From a virus, in the IMG/VR virus record IMGVR_UViG_3300017605_000154, positions 13,258-77,257 of that record: a DNA stretch of 64,000 bases. One strand, given 5' to 3'. Numbering within the stretch: the first letter of the stretch is position 1; each line of letters begins with the position of its first letter. Under the pieces are notes generated by a model. The model searched no databases. It was not told the origin of the DNA and was given only the letters and a program-made list of their open reading frames with translations. Below are positions 48,573 through 58,108 of the stretch, piece after piece. The position numbers and the translations under genes are program-made.

Positions 48573-48917
48573 CTATCTATCGAGCTTTGCGTAGCTATCC
48601 TTACCGACAAGCTTCTCGGTTGCGAACAACTCGGAGTCTTCCGGGCCGATTGCCTTCCACTCCGCAAATTCCCACTCGACTAGCCACTCGTAGATGCTGC
48701 GTGCTAGCTCATGCGATGACATGCTATACTTCTCGCCGAACCAGATCGTGTGCTGTCGGTCGAGACTGACCAATCCATACTGGTCGACCTCGACATAGAC
48801 AAACACCATCTCATCAGATTTACGACTTGTGTTGTGTGGCAACTTCACGAGATAGGTTGTCCACACTTCACTAAAAACAGGCTCGTTCTCTGCATCCCAA
48901 AGATCGATGTCAGCCAT
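48573..48917 (-). CDS. Hypothetical protein
   Basis: TAATG overlap. Confidence 0.55.
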   Translation of the reverse strand: MADIDLWDAENEPVFSEVWTTYLVKLPHNTSRKSDEMVFVYVEVDQYGLVSLDRQHTIWFGEKYSMSSHELARSIYEWLVEWEFAEWKAIGPEDSELFATEKLVGKDSYAKLDR

Positions 48918-49183
48918 TACTCTAGTTCCTCCCAAAGTTCGCTGAGTGGGATTACATCTGGATCGGGAGAACACTGATCGAGAAATGCGTACTGATCGAA
49001 GTTGAGATTGTCAAGTTTAAACCGCTGGGCAAATTCAAGCGCAAGGTTCTCGATCGCTGTCCGCGCTCCCATCTTGTGAATCAAATCGGTATCGCTAATA
49101 GATCCTCCATCAGCCGGATAATGATTGCGTAGACGCTTCGCTACGAAGTTGTAGTGCAACTGGTGAAACTTAGGCTCTGCCAT
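48917..49183 (-). CDS. Hypothetical protein
   Basis: FAQRFKLDNLNFDQYAFLDQC (DNP.FD..RF-like phage motif). Confidence 0.55.
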   Translation of the reverse strand: MAEPKFHQLHYNFVAKRLRNHYPADGGSISDTDLIHKMGARTAIENLALEFAQRFKLDNLNFDQYAFLDQCSPDPDVIPLSELWEELE

Positions 49184-49422
49184 TACTCGGCCCACATTAG
49201 ATCCCAGCACTCAGGGTGAGTACCAGAGATGAGGATTTCTCTCTGCTCTGCAGAAAACGAAGGCCACACTTTCTGTACGTGCGCTCCTGCGCACCATTCG
49301 TTGAATGCGTCAAGCCCAACTTCAATCATTGCCAGCTTGTTACACCACTGGCAAATTCTGGCAATATGGACTCGATCGCCAACTACCGTAACTTGCGCTC
49401 CTGGCATTCCTGGCGTTACCAT
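49183..49422 (-). CDS. Conserved phage hypothetical protein
   Basis: CQWC...HVQ..PSFSAEQREILISGTHPECWD. Confidence 0.65.
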   Translation of the reverse strand: MVTPGMPGAQVTVVGDRVHIARICQWCNKLAMIEVGLDAFNEWCAGAHVQKVWPSFSAEQREILISGTHPECWDLMWAE

Positions 49423-50027
49423 ACTTCGCTCCCGATGTTTGTCACGCTTCCCCTTTCGTTCACTTCCCAGATGTCTGGGTAGTAGCCTGTCTTTCGCATA
49501 TGCAGGCTAATTCCTGCGAGAACTCTATCGCGTGTAACTTCTCCTTCATGGTTCGGCCAGACTTCGATCTCTTTTCCGGCATCACCATCGAATGCATGCC
49601 ACTTGCCGCGATCCCAACTCAGGAAGATGTCGTATTCACTCTGCCCCCACCCATCGATGTACAACTCCTGGAAAACCTTGGCTGCTTTCTCCTCCGTATC
49701 GTACTCATCGAAGTCGACAAACCCCGACTCGCTCTCGTTGAGGAGATAATTGTCGAAGCGAGTAATTCTTCCCCAACCATCCGGCCCCATCGATTCGTCT
49801 TCTGCGCCGCTATCCATGCTCCATTCGTAGAGAATGAGCGCCTTGCCCATGCTCTCTGCGTAGTGCTGCTCGAAAGACTCTGGATCGCTAGATGAGTACT
49901 GCTGGAACTTTCCGGGGTGGTTGTTCGCTACAGCACAAGGCATGCAGCACGAAGACTCTCCGATTGTTGCAGCCTTGGTAGATACCGTCTTGTGCTTGCC
50001 TACGATGCACTCGTATACCAAGCTCAT
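49416..50027 (-). CDS. Hypothetical protein
   Basis: HPGKF motif; YYPDIWEVNERG. Confidence 0.55.
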   Translation of the reverse strand: MSLVYECIVGKHKTVSTKAATIGESSCCMPCAVANNHPGKFQQYSSSDPESFEQHYAESMGKALILYEWSMDSGAEDESMGPDGWGRITRFDNYLLNESESGFVDFDEYDTEEKAAKVFQELYIDGWGQSEYDIFLSWDRGKWHAFDGDAGKEIEVWPNHEGEVTRDRVLAGISLHMRKTGYYPDIWEVNERGSVTNIGSEVW

Positions 50028-50200
50028 AGCACTGGCTCCCTTAGTCTTGCGGCTGACTTGATTCGAATTTCTCTGTCGGTAGCAAGATTGCGTGCTGTCC
50101 ATCCGCCGAAGGGATTCTCTCGGAGAATACGCACTGTTACAATGCGACCGGAAACCTTAGCGGTGTACCTTCCACCGACAGTGATGTCTTTCTTCTTCAA
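50024..50200 (-). CDS. 58-aa basic hypothetical protein
   Basis: MKKKDITVGGRYTAKVSGRIVTVRI...GGWTARNLATDREIRIKSAARLR; GAGGAGG RBS; not in ORF track. Confidence 0.65.
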   Translation of the reverse strand: MKKKDITVGGRYTAKVSGRIVTVRILRENPFGGWTARNLATDREIRIKSAARLREPVL

Positions 50201-50201
50201 C

Positions 50202-50447
50202 TTAGTTCCTCCTCACGAATTCACCGTTGACGACGGTACCGATCAGCTTGCGACCATTCGACCTTCCGGAAGTCGATCCGCCACACAGGTAGATTTCGAA
50301 AGTGTCGTCGTCACCATCGGGATTAGCATGAATCTCTACGCCGTGATCCCAACCACGCAGCCACACAGTTAGATCGTTGGCGTACTTATCTGCCGTCGTG
50401 CTGTGTGACGAAGAACTAACCGTCGCTGCAAACCTACGCTTACCCAT
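50202..50447 (-). CDS. Hypothetical protein
   Basis: RGWDHGVEI...DTFEIYLCGGS. Confidence 0.6.
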   Translation of the reverse strand: MGKRRFAATVSSSSHSTTADKYANDLTVWLRGWDHGVEIHANPDGDDDTFEIYLCGGSTSGRSNGRKLIGTVVNGEFVRRN

Positions 50448-50454
50448 TTTGCCC

Positions 50455-50667
50455 TCACTCCTCTACCGATTCGTAAAGAACGATCATCAAGCTGCCAACC
50501 GCTAGCACACAGAAGAATGCTCCCATGCTGCCTAAGATTGCGGTCCTCCAACTGTGTTCGATTGCGACCCAGAAGAACGTAGCCATGCTAATCAGGAACG
50601 ATACCAAAACTACGCCTAAGGCCATCAGCACATACACCGACCGTGCCGAAACTCTCTGGATATTCAT
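50455..50667 (-). CDS. Two-TM membrane protein
   Basis: Hydrophobic helices. Confidence 0.55.
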   Translation of the reverse strand: MNIQRVSARSVYVLMALGVVLVSFLISMATFFWVAIEHSWRTAILGSMGAFFCVLAVGSLMIVLYESVEE

Positions 50668-50873
50668 GCGTCTCCTTTGTAGTCCCAATCTTGGACGACT
50701 CCGTACCAGTTACCATCTCCGTAATCATCGGTAACCGATCCATCGGGAAGGACGAGGTAGTAATCGCGCAGTGAGATATCGCTGCACGAAAGAATACCGC
50801 CTTCGATTTCTTCCTCTACCCATAGAACTTGGGTGGAATGGCCCATCCATCTGCAGAGCAATTTACGCTTCAC
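50664..50873 (-). CDS. Hypothetical protein (DUF1660-like N-terminus)
   Basis: KLLCRWMGH. Confidence 0.5.
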   Translation of the reverse strand: MKRKLLCRWMGHSTQVLWVEEEIEGGILSCSDISLRDYYLVLPDGSVTDDYGDGNWYGVVQDWDYKGDA

Positions 50874-51433
50874 GCCTTGACCTTCCAGTATTCAACTGCT
50901 GGCGCAGCCTCGGACAGCAAGCGCACCATCTCGTCCGCATCTTCCTCTGTCTGCGTGAAACCACACTGACCCTGCAAACTTCCGTGAATCCACCAGCCCT
51001 CGACTTCCATCGGGAATGTCTGCAGAAGCGGCCACAGCTTATCGATCTTCTTGTACGTGTTCTTGATGATGTCGGAGAGAATGCCTCCCTCTCGGCTAGC
51101 TGTGTATGCAGCCAGTACAATCTTGGTAACCCGCTTCGACTCGTCTGGCGTGAGACGACGCGAAGCGTAGCCCCACTTGTTATTCTCCATGAAGCCGATG
51201 AATTCTCCGCAGTCGCCAATCGTGTAGTACTCGTTTGCGAAATCTACGGAGCGCCAGAACCAGCCGATGTATGGAATGCGCTTGCCATGTCCATACGGAT
51301 CACGCTCGTCGTCTCCCCACTTGTCATGTTCTGCGATGAAGTCATTCAGCGCGTTGTTGACAAGCTCATCGACAAGCTGCTTTTTAGTCCAGCCCTCATA
51401 ACGGTCACACATCTTCTTCAGGGAAGTCGCCAT
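50870..51433 (-). CDS. Hypothetical protein
   Basis: 187 aa; in operon. Confidence 0.6.
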   Translation of the reverse strand: MATSLKKMCDRYEGWTKKQLVDELVNNALNDFIAEHDKWGDDERDPYGHGKRIPYIGWFWRSVDFANEYYTIGDCGEFIGFMENNKWGYASRRLTPDESKRVTKIVLAAYTASREGGILSDIIKNTYKKIDKLWPLLQTFPMEVEGWWIHGSLQGQCGFTQTEEDADEMVRLLSEAAPAVEYWKVKA

Positions 51434-51547
51434 CTAGAACTGCTCCTCTCCGTAGCCGAGATGATCGTTGCATCGATCGCAGTAGCAGTAGTTCCACGGA
51501 TCGAGCTTCGGCTTGTGCCCAAAAATTCGGCAGACAAGCTCACGCAT
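51434..51547 (-). CDS. DUF1660-like zinc-ribbon peptide
   Basis: MRELVCRIFGHK...CYCDRC. Confidence 0.5.
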   Translation of the reverse strand: MRELVCRIFGHKPKLDPWNYCYCDRCNDHLGYGEEQF

Positions 51548-51710
51548 CCACATCTTCTTCATCATCGTCTACCTTTCGGTAACCATCGAACCAACCCTCG
51601 CCATGCGTGTCGTCACGCTGACACCATTCTTGCGCCTCCTCGAGAGTTTCTACTTCGTGGAGAACCTCCTGTGGGGCATTGAACGTGAACCGTACGATTT
51701 CGTACATCAT
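51540..51710 (-). CDS. Hypothetical protein
   Basis: YEIVRF...TLEEAQEWC...GWFDGY. Confidence 0.6.
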   Translation of the reverse strand: MMYEIVRFTFNAPQEVLHEVETLEEAQEWCQRDDTHGEGWFDGYRKVDDDEEDVDA

Positions 51711-51994
51711 CCCTCCAAGACCGCTCGTAGATAATCTTCGTCGCACGCTCTGAGAAACTTTGTGAACGTGTGAATCGCATGACCCTTGTGCTCTTCGAAA
51801 GGATATGCCACATCAACGAGTCGCTGCGTGGAACGTGTCATGCTGCCGTGATCGATAATCACTGCATGGAAGGGATAGAAAAACCAGCGCGATCCCTGAT
51901 CCGCTAGCTTCTCTTCGACTTCTGCGATTGTCTTCGATCCCCGATAGTCTGTCACCCAATCTCCATCGGGAGCAAACAACACCGCCTTATACAT
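51707..51994 (-). CDS. Hypothetical protein
   Basis: DQGSRWFFYPF. Confidence 0.6.
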   Translation of the reverse strand: MYKAVLFAPDGDWVTDYRGSKTIAEVEEKLADQGSRWFFYPFHAVIIDHGSMTRSTQRLVDVAYPFEEHKGHAIHTFTKFLRACDEDYLRAVLEG

Positions 51995-51995
51995 G

Positions 51996-52385
51996 TCACT
52001 CGCCTGCTGTTCTGCGCAGGTAGGCGATTACCTCGTCTACAGTTTCTGCGCTATCGTTGACGGAGATAACGCCACCCTCAGGATCAACTACTGCAAGCAA
52101 TTCCGGAGCGAAGGCATGGATTGTCTCGCTACCAGGATCAATCTCCCTTACGTAACGACCAGTCGTGCGACGAAGCACTCTGTAGCCAGTGTCATAGGTG
52201 TAGACTTCGTAACCCTCAGGAGGATCGGCAAAAATTGCGCCGATAACTGCGCCACCAGCACAACAACCTCCCGAACGAAGATCCTGACCCGAAAGTGGCA
52301 GCGTACGACCAAACCATGTGCGCTGACGCCACTTATCTGGATTCGCTTCCAGATAATCGGCGGCGGCAACGATGTACTTATTCAT
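51996..52385 (-). CDS. Hypothetical protein (DUF6197-like)
   Basis: AADYLE...W.Q...CCAGGA...ND...DEVIAYLR. Confidence 0.55.
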   Translation of the reverse strand: MNKYIVAAADYLEANPDKWRQRTWFGRTLPLSGQDLRSGGCCAGGAVIGAIFADPPEGYEVYTYDTGYRVLRRTTGRYVREIDPGSETIHAFAPELLAVVDPEGGVISVNDSAETVDEVIAYLRRTAGE

Positions 52386-53077
52386 AGCTTCTTTCCTTCC
52401 TTGTCTGCAACGGTAAGCACGGCGTCTTCGATCATATCGCCGTCCAAATCATCGATGCGGCAAACCGAATACGTGTCGAACAGATAGCTGAAAACCTTGT
52501 CGTTGTCTGGCTCCCAATCATCCTTGATTCGATCATCGTTTTGCAGAGAATTGACAGTCGAAGAAACCTCACCCTCTAGATAGCCCATCAACTCCTCATG
52601 CTCACGGCGCGAGTAATCCTCCTCGTCTAGAACCGGGTAGTTTGCCAACCGCTCTGCAAACTCCAACGCGCGATAGAAGATGTTGCGAATGTTCTCGATA
52701 CCAAAATCTGTGCCGCATGTGTGACAGCGCCACAGCTTGAGTCCCTTCGTCCTGTGATCGGGGTGAACCGTGATATCTGCGTTCTCCCAATCCTCACACT
52801 TGCACTGCAGCGCACGAACCATCATGGAATCTGACCAACCGACGAGCCAATGACTTGACCCTTCGACACGGTAGTCTTCGTTCAGTTCGAACTTCTCCTG
52901 GAAGCTTTCCAGAATTGTGTCGAAGTTTGAATTATCTAGATGGTCGGAATCGCGATGCCTTCCGAACGTCTGAACCCAACCTTGGTCCTGCAAGTCTGTG
53001 ATCGATCCGAAGTAATCGCTCGGATGCTCACGGCCTTCTTCGACCGCATCGAAAAGATCATTCATCGGGAACCTCAC
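52382..53077 (-). CDS. Conserved phage hypothetical protein
   Basis: RDSD..D.SNF, HWLVGW, LANYPVLDEEDYSRRE. Confidence 0.65.
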   Translation of the reverse strand: MRFPMNDLFDAVEEGREHPSDYFGSITDLQDQGWVQTFGRHRDSDHLDNSNFDTILESFQEKFELNEDYRVEGSSHWLVGWSDSMMVRALQCKCEDWENADITVHPDHRTKGLKLWRCHTCGTDFGIENIRNIFYRALEFAERLANYPVLDEEDYSRREHEELMGYLEGEVSSTVNSLQNDDRIKDDWEPDNDKVFSYLFDTYSVCRIDDLDGDMIEDAVLTVADKEGKKL

Positions 53078-53258
53078 TTTCCCAATCGACTACCATCGCA
53101 CCAGGAAACATTTCCTGCGCTGCGAGGATTGCGTTCTCGCGTGTGTACCCTCTCTTGAAGTTATCCGGATCGTCCTCCATCAGATCGCGAGCGAATGCGA
53201 TAGCAGCTACATCTTCGTAGCCGTCGTATCTACTGAGGTACTCCTCACGCAATGTCAT
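53058..53258 (-). CDS. Hypothetical protein
   Basis: AGGAG RBS. Confidence 0.5.
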   Translation of the reverse strand: MTLREEYLSRYDGYEDVAAIAFARDLMEDDPDNFKRGYTRENAILAAQEMFPGAMVVDWESEVPDE

Positions 53259-53616
53259 CGACTGCTCCTGTGCGTCGTGAATGGGCACCACTCGACCTAT
53301 ATGCGGAGAGTCTGTCGCCTGGAAGGAAAATCAGGCTCTTACCCTCACCCCTATCGAAGACGTGCGTCTCAAGCAAAGTCTGCTCGCCACGCGCAACGAG
53401 TGGGCACTCTGGAATATCGAGGTAGTAGATCGGAGCCATTGAGAAATCGATCCACTCTCCATCCTTTAGATCGCCGAACTTCTTGCCCTTCTGATACTCG
53501 TATTCTGGTGCAGCCTCCTTGATTGCAACCGTGTACATGCAGGACAGCGTGAAGTAATCCCACACGATATCCTTACGCGCTACGTTGTTCCTGAAAACTT
53601 GCGTCTCAAGTGGCAT
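53245..53616 (-). CDS. Hypothetical protein
   Basis: GAGGAG RBS. Confidence 0.5.
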   Translation of the reverse strand: MPLETQVFRNNVARKDIVWDYFTLSCMYTVAIKEAAPEYEYQKGKKFGDLKDGEWIDFSMAPIYYLDIPECPLVARGEQTLLETHVFDRGEGKSLIFLPGDRLSAYRSSGAHSRRTGAVDDIA

Positions 53617-53839
53617 GGCTCTCCTCTCCCATTCTCCTTTCCCATTCCCCCCAGAAGTCAGCATCTCCATCCTTGACTTCGACAATCAGGAAGTTTCCAC
53701 CAAGCGTCACGTAGTCCCCGTCGTAGGCTGCTTGCAGATTATCTCGCAGTTCCTTGATTGCCTCTGCGTCGGTCATGTCCACGCCGTTACCTTCGTCGTA
53801 CTCATCCGTAAACAGAACCGTGAAAGTTCTCCTCTTCAT
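53606..53839 (-). CDS. Hypothetical protein
   Basis: TAATG overlap. Confidence 0.55.
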   Translation of the reverse strand: MKRRTFTVLFTDEYDEGNGVDMTDAEAIKELRDNLQAAYDGDYVTLGGNFLIVEVKDGDADFWGEWERRMGEESHAT

Positions 53840-54138
53840 TACTTCTCTCCCTTTCGGAAGTCGACACCGATCAGCGTTGTAGGCGCCTGCATATCCTGGC
53901 GCGTACCGTTGTCGAACACAAGCGCCCTACGATTCGCGAACTGCTTGTCGACGTCGATCACATCGACTGCGAACCAGTCGTTATCCTCGCTTGTGAAGAT
54001 ATTGAGAAGTGCGATGCGCTTTCCCTGCGGATTCACAACCGCAATCGATCCTCCCTTTCCCTCGCCAACAACGACGGCAGTCCGAATCCACTGCCCATCG
54101 TCATGTACGCCTGTCTTCGTGAAAGCTGTCTCACTCAC
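53839..54138 (-). CDS. Hypothetical protein
   Basis: GTGA overlap, AGGAG RBS. Confidence 0.55.
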   Translation of the reverse strand: MSETAFTKTGVHDDGQWIRTAVVVGEGKGGSIAVVNPQGKRIALLNIFTSEDNDWFAVDVIDVDKQFANRRALVFDNGTRQDMQAPTTLIGVDFRKGEK

Positions 54139-54356
54139 TTTCTTTCTCCTAGCAGCTTGATTACTTCCTGGTTGTCCAGCCACACGTTCAGCCGATCCAC
54201 GATGTGATTGGTATTCGCTGCACCTAGAGCGTAGCCAATGATCCCATCCTTGTCGTCTACGATGCACGCAACCTGACCATCGAGAATCGATCCCGTTAAA
54301 TCGCGCAAGTGATCTTCGATGTCGAAGTCAATTGCGTAGTACTGTGAATCACTCAT
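54135..54356 (-). CDS. Hypothetical protein
   Basis: Overlap chain. Confidence 0.5.
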   Translation of the reverse strand: MSDSQYYAIDFDIEDHLRDLTGSILDGQVACIVDDKDGIIGYALGAANTNHIVDRLNVWLDNQEVIKLLGERK

Positions 54357-54648
54357 AGTGCGGCCTTACCTTTGGGAAAGATTCGGCAACAGGAGAATCA
54401 CTCACGTCGTACTCGAAATGCTGGGACATGTACGAGAGAACCGACGTGTACTCGTATTCCTCTTTCTCGTCTCTGCGCACGTACTCGGCGGCGTTGAGAG
54501 CGCGACAGACTTCGAATGCAACCTCCTCGTCTTCGACCATAACGAGTTTCCAATCTTCTACGGGATCGCCGGCGTTGTACCACCAGCCTCCCTCTTCCGG
54601 GCCACCATATTGCTGTGCGACCTCATACTTGTGAATGTAGTACATCAC
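54349..54648 (-). CDS. Conserved phage hypothetical protein
   Basis: YGGPEEGGWWY...P..RPHYE. Confidence 0.7.
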   Translation of the reverse strand: MMYYIHKYEVAQQYGGPEEGGWWYNAGDPVEDWKLVMVEDEEVAFEVCRALNAAEYVRRDEKEEYEYTSVLSYMSQHFEYDVSDSPVAESFPKVRPHYE

Positions 54649-54899
54649 ATGTACCTTTCTGCGTCCTTTCGAAGTGAACTACCTTCGGGCCACCGATGCC
54701 AAGTGCCACCACAATCGGGGCATCGAAAGAACAAACCGCCGTCGTACACTCCCCGAATCTCAACCATGATCTTGCGGCTGAAATATCGTGGCGGATCGCC
54801 CTCCTTCCATTCGCCATACATGCCTTCGCGCAAGTACGCGACTGGAATCTCTCCGGCGCGTAAGTCGCTATTGCAGTGTGGACACCGATCTTCGTCCAT
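54645..54899 (-). CDS. Zinc-ribbon hypothetical protein
   Basis: CPHC...GVYDGGLFFRCPDC..WHRW. Confidence 0.65.
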   Translation of the reverse strand: MDEDRCPHCNSDLRAGEIPVAYLREGMYGEWKEGDPPRYFSRKIMVEIRGVYDGGLFFRCPDCGGTWHRWPEGSSLRKDAERYM

Positions 54900-55151
54900 C
54901 TAGTTCCTCCTGCTTCGATTCTGCGCATTCTTCTGAATTGCAGCGATTTGCTCCGGAGTCGGCGGCATTTTAACCGCGTCCTCTTGAAGCTCCGCGCAGA
55001 AGATGCACAGAAAGTCTGCGTCGTTATCTTGTGCGACTTTCATACCGCTAACCGAAACCCACACAACGCTGTCACACTCGACGCAACGGTCTTGCGTTGA
55101 ATCCTCTGTGTGATGCCACGACTCTGGCACACAAACAACGAACGATCCCAT
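54900..55151 (-). CDS. Cys-rich hypothetical protein
   Basis: AAAGGAGG RBS; CVEC..CIFC. Confidence 0.6.
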   Translation of the reverse strand: MGSFVVCVPESWHHTEDSTQDRCVECDSVVWVSVSGMKVAQDNDADFLCIFCAELQEDAVKMPPTPEQIAAIQKNAQNRSRRN

Positions 55152-55173
55152 TTTCCTCCTTTCTTGTCTAGAC

Positions 55174-55203
55174 TTAGGAAGCAGCCCGAAGGCTGCAACC
55201 TAA
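55174..55203 (-). repeat. Conserved stem-loop element, copy 1 (UUAGGUU-stem-UUCG-stem-UUCCUAA)
   Basis: Plus strand TTAGGAA GCAGCC CGAA GGCTGC AACCTAA. Confidence 0.75.
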
Positions 55204-55309
55204 AGCTAGCTAACCGCTACTCCGATCAGGATTAGAAGTCCGACGATTAGTGCTGCCCAAACAGCTAGGCAGATAATCACCATTACTGTGTATATCGTGA
55301 CTACCACGA

Positions 55310-55720
55310 TCACGCAGTGAGAATGGGTTCGTCGCAGACCCACTCCACAATTTCCTCCGTTCGCTCAGGCCGCTCGACATACGAAGCAGGGACTACCTTC
55401 GTTCCGACGACCACGCGCTTGCACACCGCCTCACGATCGATCGTGTACTCGATACGCACGCACTCGCTGAACTTCTTGATAAGGTCGAAGTATGTGCCTG
55501 CGTGAATCTTCTCGGCCTTACCGAGAACCTTCGCAGCCTTTGCAAGCTTCTCGCGGGCAGTGAGAGGATTCTGCACATCGCTGTAACGAGTGTCATCGTG
55601 CAACCAAACATTGAGCTTCATCACTGGCTCATACTCAATCGGAAGCTCGATGTTCTGTTCGATGAAATCCGCCATTGCGCGCAAGCCTTCGACCAGTTCG
55701 CGCTGATGCTCATACTTCAT
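55310..55720 (-). CDS. Conserved actinophage-like hypothetical protein
   Basis: GLRAMADFIE...REAVCKRVVVGT...EIVEWVC.EPIL. Confidence 0.7.
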   Translation of the reverse strand: MKYEHQRELVEGLRAMADFIEQNIELPIEYEPVMKLNVWLHDDTRYSDVQNPLTAREKLAKAAKVLGKAEKIHAGTYFDLIKKFSECVRIEYTIDREAVCKRVVVGTKVVPASYVERPERTEEIVEWVCDEPILTA

Positions 55721-56222
55721 CTTCTTCCTCCCTTAGCCGATGGTGTCGAGAAGTTCCTGCGTTGCAGTGTGCTGCTTTCTTGCTTCTGTCTTCTCGATAA
55801 ACGTCGTGTGTGTGCCCGTGATGATTGTGGCAGCCTCATCGCGCCAATCCTTCACGATTTGAATCAGGAGGCTGTACTGGTCTGCCGTTAGCGGCGGCAG
55901 ATGAACTTTTGCGCCCATTATGATGCAGGCTCCTTTCGGTTGCACTTTTCGCACTTCCCGCTGAGCTTCACATCGTGCATGCAGTAAAGCTCGTCGTACG
56001 AAATCTTCGTGTGCTGCCACCACCATGCAGTCGACTCCGATACGAACCTCCCGTTATGCCAGATTGCCTTAAGTGTCATCTCGCGTGTCTCGCTCTCGCC
56101 ACTCCAAGACGTACTCACGAAGAGTGCTAGTCGCTGTTCCACGGTAAACGTAGTGGAATGCCTTTATGTCCTCGTCATAGGACAAGTCGAGAACTTGGCG
56201 ATCCCGAACACTGCCGTTCTCG

Positions 56223-56459
56223 TTAACCTTGAGAACCGCTCTCGACATCAGATACATAGCGCGACTCCTTTCTGCCGAGAAGTAGATCGAACATGCGAAA
56301 GACTTGCTCACCTTCGCACTTGTAATCATCCCAGAGCAACGCTGTGGTGTCGTACCAATCTCCATCGCTACTCGAAACGATGAAGCCGGTAATCACAAGC
56401 AAGTTTTTCTCGTACTCCGAGATTTCATACTCCATGCCGGATTCCATCACGATGGGCAT
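56223..56459 (-). CDS. Hypothetical protein
   Basis: AAAGGAGGTGA RBS. Confidence 0.55.
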   Translation of the reverse strand: MPIVMESGMEYEISEYEKNLLVITGFIVSSSDGDWYDTTALLWDDYKCEGEQVFRMFDLLLGRKESRYVSDVESGSQG

Positions 56460-56484
56460 ACACTCACCTCCTTTCGATCTAGAG

Positions 56485-56518
56485 TTAGGAAGTACCCGAT
56501 TTCTCGGGTACAACCTAA
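56485..56518 (-). repeat. Conserved stem-loop element, copy 2 (GAAA loop)
   Basis: Plus strand TTAGGAA GTACCCGA TTTC TCGGGTAC AACCTAA. Confidence 0.75.
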
Positions 56519-56520
56519 CG

Positions 56521-56727
56521 CTAGCTATGGCAGTAGCCATCCTTCTCGATGCCGAGGAAGATATTCGGCAGGTACACACCGAGGTAATCTCCACCGGAGA
56601 GATTGAGTTCCTCGGTATCCTCCCACAAACCTTGCGCCAAGACATTCTGCTGCAATGCCTCAAGCTGTGCAGGAGTCATGTTTGCGAGCGTACCCGCAGT
56701 CATCGTGATCGGAACGTGAGGCTTCAT
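56521..56727 (-). CDS. Hypothetical protein
   Basis: IFLGIEKDGYCHS C-terminal motif. Confidence 0.6.
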   Translation of the reverse strand: MKPHVPITMTAGTLANMTPAQLEALQQNVLAQGLWEDTEELNLSGGDYLGVYLPNIFLGIEKDGYCHS

Positions 56728-57254
56728 GCTACCTTCTTTCTACGTCGCAGGTCTTTCACCTTAGGATGATCTGCGAAGAACTTCTGCAGTCTCCTCTCGA
56801 AGCGTTCCTCCTGCGTGGACTTAGTCCAGTAGTACGAGTCGTGAAATACGGGACTCTGAACTATGCCAACTACACGCGCATGCTGAACAAGCAAACCCTT
56901 ACGAACAGAATCGTCGTGCCATCTGTACGTGTCTGTGTATCTCTTGACCGTGCCCCAGACTTCCATCTTCACGATCACGAAATCAGCGCCGGGAGCCCAC
57001 TCCTCACAATCTTTCACAGTTTTCAGGCAATGGATACCGGGACACCAGTTCCGATAGCGTGGATCGTCCCAGCGGTAGTCCCCGAAAGCACCATCGACAT
57101 GCTTTACGTGATATTCGTTCTCCCTCCACACGTTGTGTCGCATTGGACTGTAAAATCTCCCGCGCTTCAGTTGCAGCACCTTGTAGACAGTGAGCGGCTT
57201 ATCTTCTGGGATCGTCCGTGTGCTTGTCTGTTCCCACTCACGAAAGATGCACAT
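56724..57254 (-). CDS. Hypothetical protein (VYK...SP...CxPGIH domain)
   Basis: VYKVL...FYSP...WCPGIHC...EVWG. Confidence 0.6.
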   Translation of the reverse strand: MCIFREWEQTSTRTIPEDKPLTVYKVLQLKRGRFYSPMRHNVWRENEYHVKHVDGAFGDYRWDDPRYRNWCPGIHCLKTVKDCEEWAPGADFVIVKMEVWGTVKRYTDTYRWHDDSVRKGLLVQHARVVGIVQSPVFHDSYYWTKSTQEERFERRLQKFFADHPKVKDLRRRKKVA

Positions 57255-57257
57255 TGT

Positions 57258-57440
57258 CTACCACAACTCGATTCGTTCGATCTTCGAATCCGTGTCCTTG
57301 TTTGCGACTAGCTGCTCGTTCGCGATGACTTCGGCCTGCCCGAAATTCAAAGCCCACCACGTTGCCGTCCACTTGTGATCGATGCGGCCTTCGTCATTAC
57401 GCACGACGAAAGTCACTTCGAACTTCGTCAGTTCCTCCAT
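57258..57440 (-). CDS. Hypothetical protein
   Basis: TAATG overlap with the methyltransferase stop. Confidence 0.5.
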   Translation of the reverse strand: MEELTKFEVTFVVRNDEGRIDHKWTATWWALNFGQAEVIANEQLVANKDTDSKIERIELW

Positions 57441-58096
57441 TACCGTCCCTTCCTGTGGAAGATTCGCACGTAGTCGTGAATTCCCGGCCACTGCGGAATG
57501 TACTCATGCTCGACTTCGTCATACAGCCGATGCAGGAGACGCCAGAACTGACGGTCAGCATTGCAACCGCCAGAATCTTCTCCGACGTAGCAGAGGAAAT
57601 CTCCACGGTGGTAGCCGAGTGCGTATGTTGCCATATCTGCTTCATATGGCGGCCAGCACAAAAAGAGATTCCATTCACGACTGTAGCTCTTGAGGACGTG
57701 TGGCGTACCCTGCAGAACTTCCGTCCATGCAGTAGCTCCCCGGTGATACCAACTTTTATTGGGGTGCTTTCCACCTGCCTCTTGATACTCGTCTAGCTCC
57801 TCTTCACTCCAGTCACTTCCATCAGGCGGGTATTGATCGTATGCGTCGATCGTCACTCCAAGCTTTCGGAGTTCATACGCCCAATATCCTGTGCCTGCGC
57901 CGATTTCCACCAGCGGTCCGTACTTTGCGATGCATTCCAACGCCGCCACAGTGGGGATCGCCCATGCATACTTCTTCACGAAGTCTTCCCGCTGCCTGTA
58001 GCTGTGCATGGAATCGTACGGATCACGCCCGACAATCTCTCTTTCCCAAAGCTCGTCGTAGTGGAAATCAAGCTCGCCGGTGTACTCTAGTTCCAC
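57440..58096 (-). CDS. Class I SAM-dependent methyltransferase-like protein
   Basis: YAWAIPT, LVEIGAGTGYW motif I, DAYD, LFLCWPPY, YVGE. Confidence 0.8.
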   Translation of the reverse strand: MELEYTGELDFHYDELWEREIVGRDPYDSMHSYRQREDFVKKYAWAIPTVAALECIAKYGPLVEIGAGTGYWAYELRKLGVTIDAYDQYPPDGSDWSEEELDEYQEAGGKHPNKSWYHRGATAWTEVLQGTPHVLKSYSREWNLFLCWPPYEADMATYALGYHRGDFLCYVGEDSGGCNADRQFWRLLHRLYDEVEHEYIPQWPGIHDYVRIFHRKGR

Positions 58097-58108
58097 TTGT
58101 TCTCCTTT

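Noticed and set aside
50103-50163. Possible intergenic hairpin
   Set aside because: Lies within a convincing 58-aa CDS (50024..50200)
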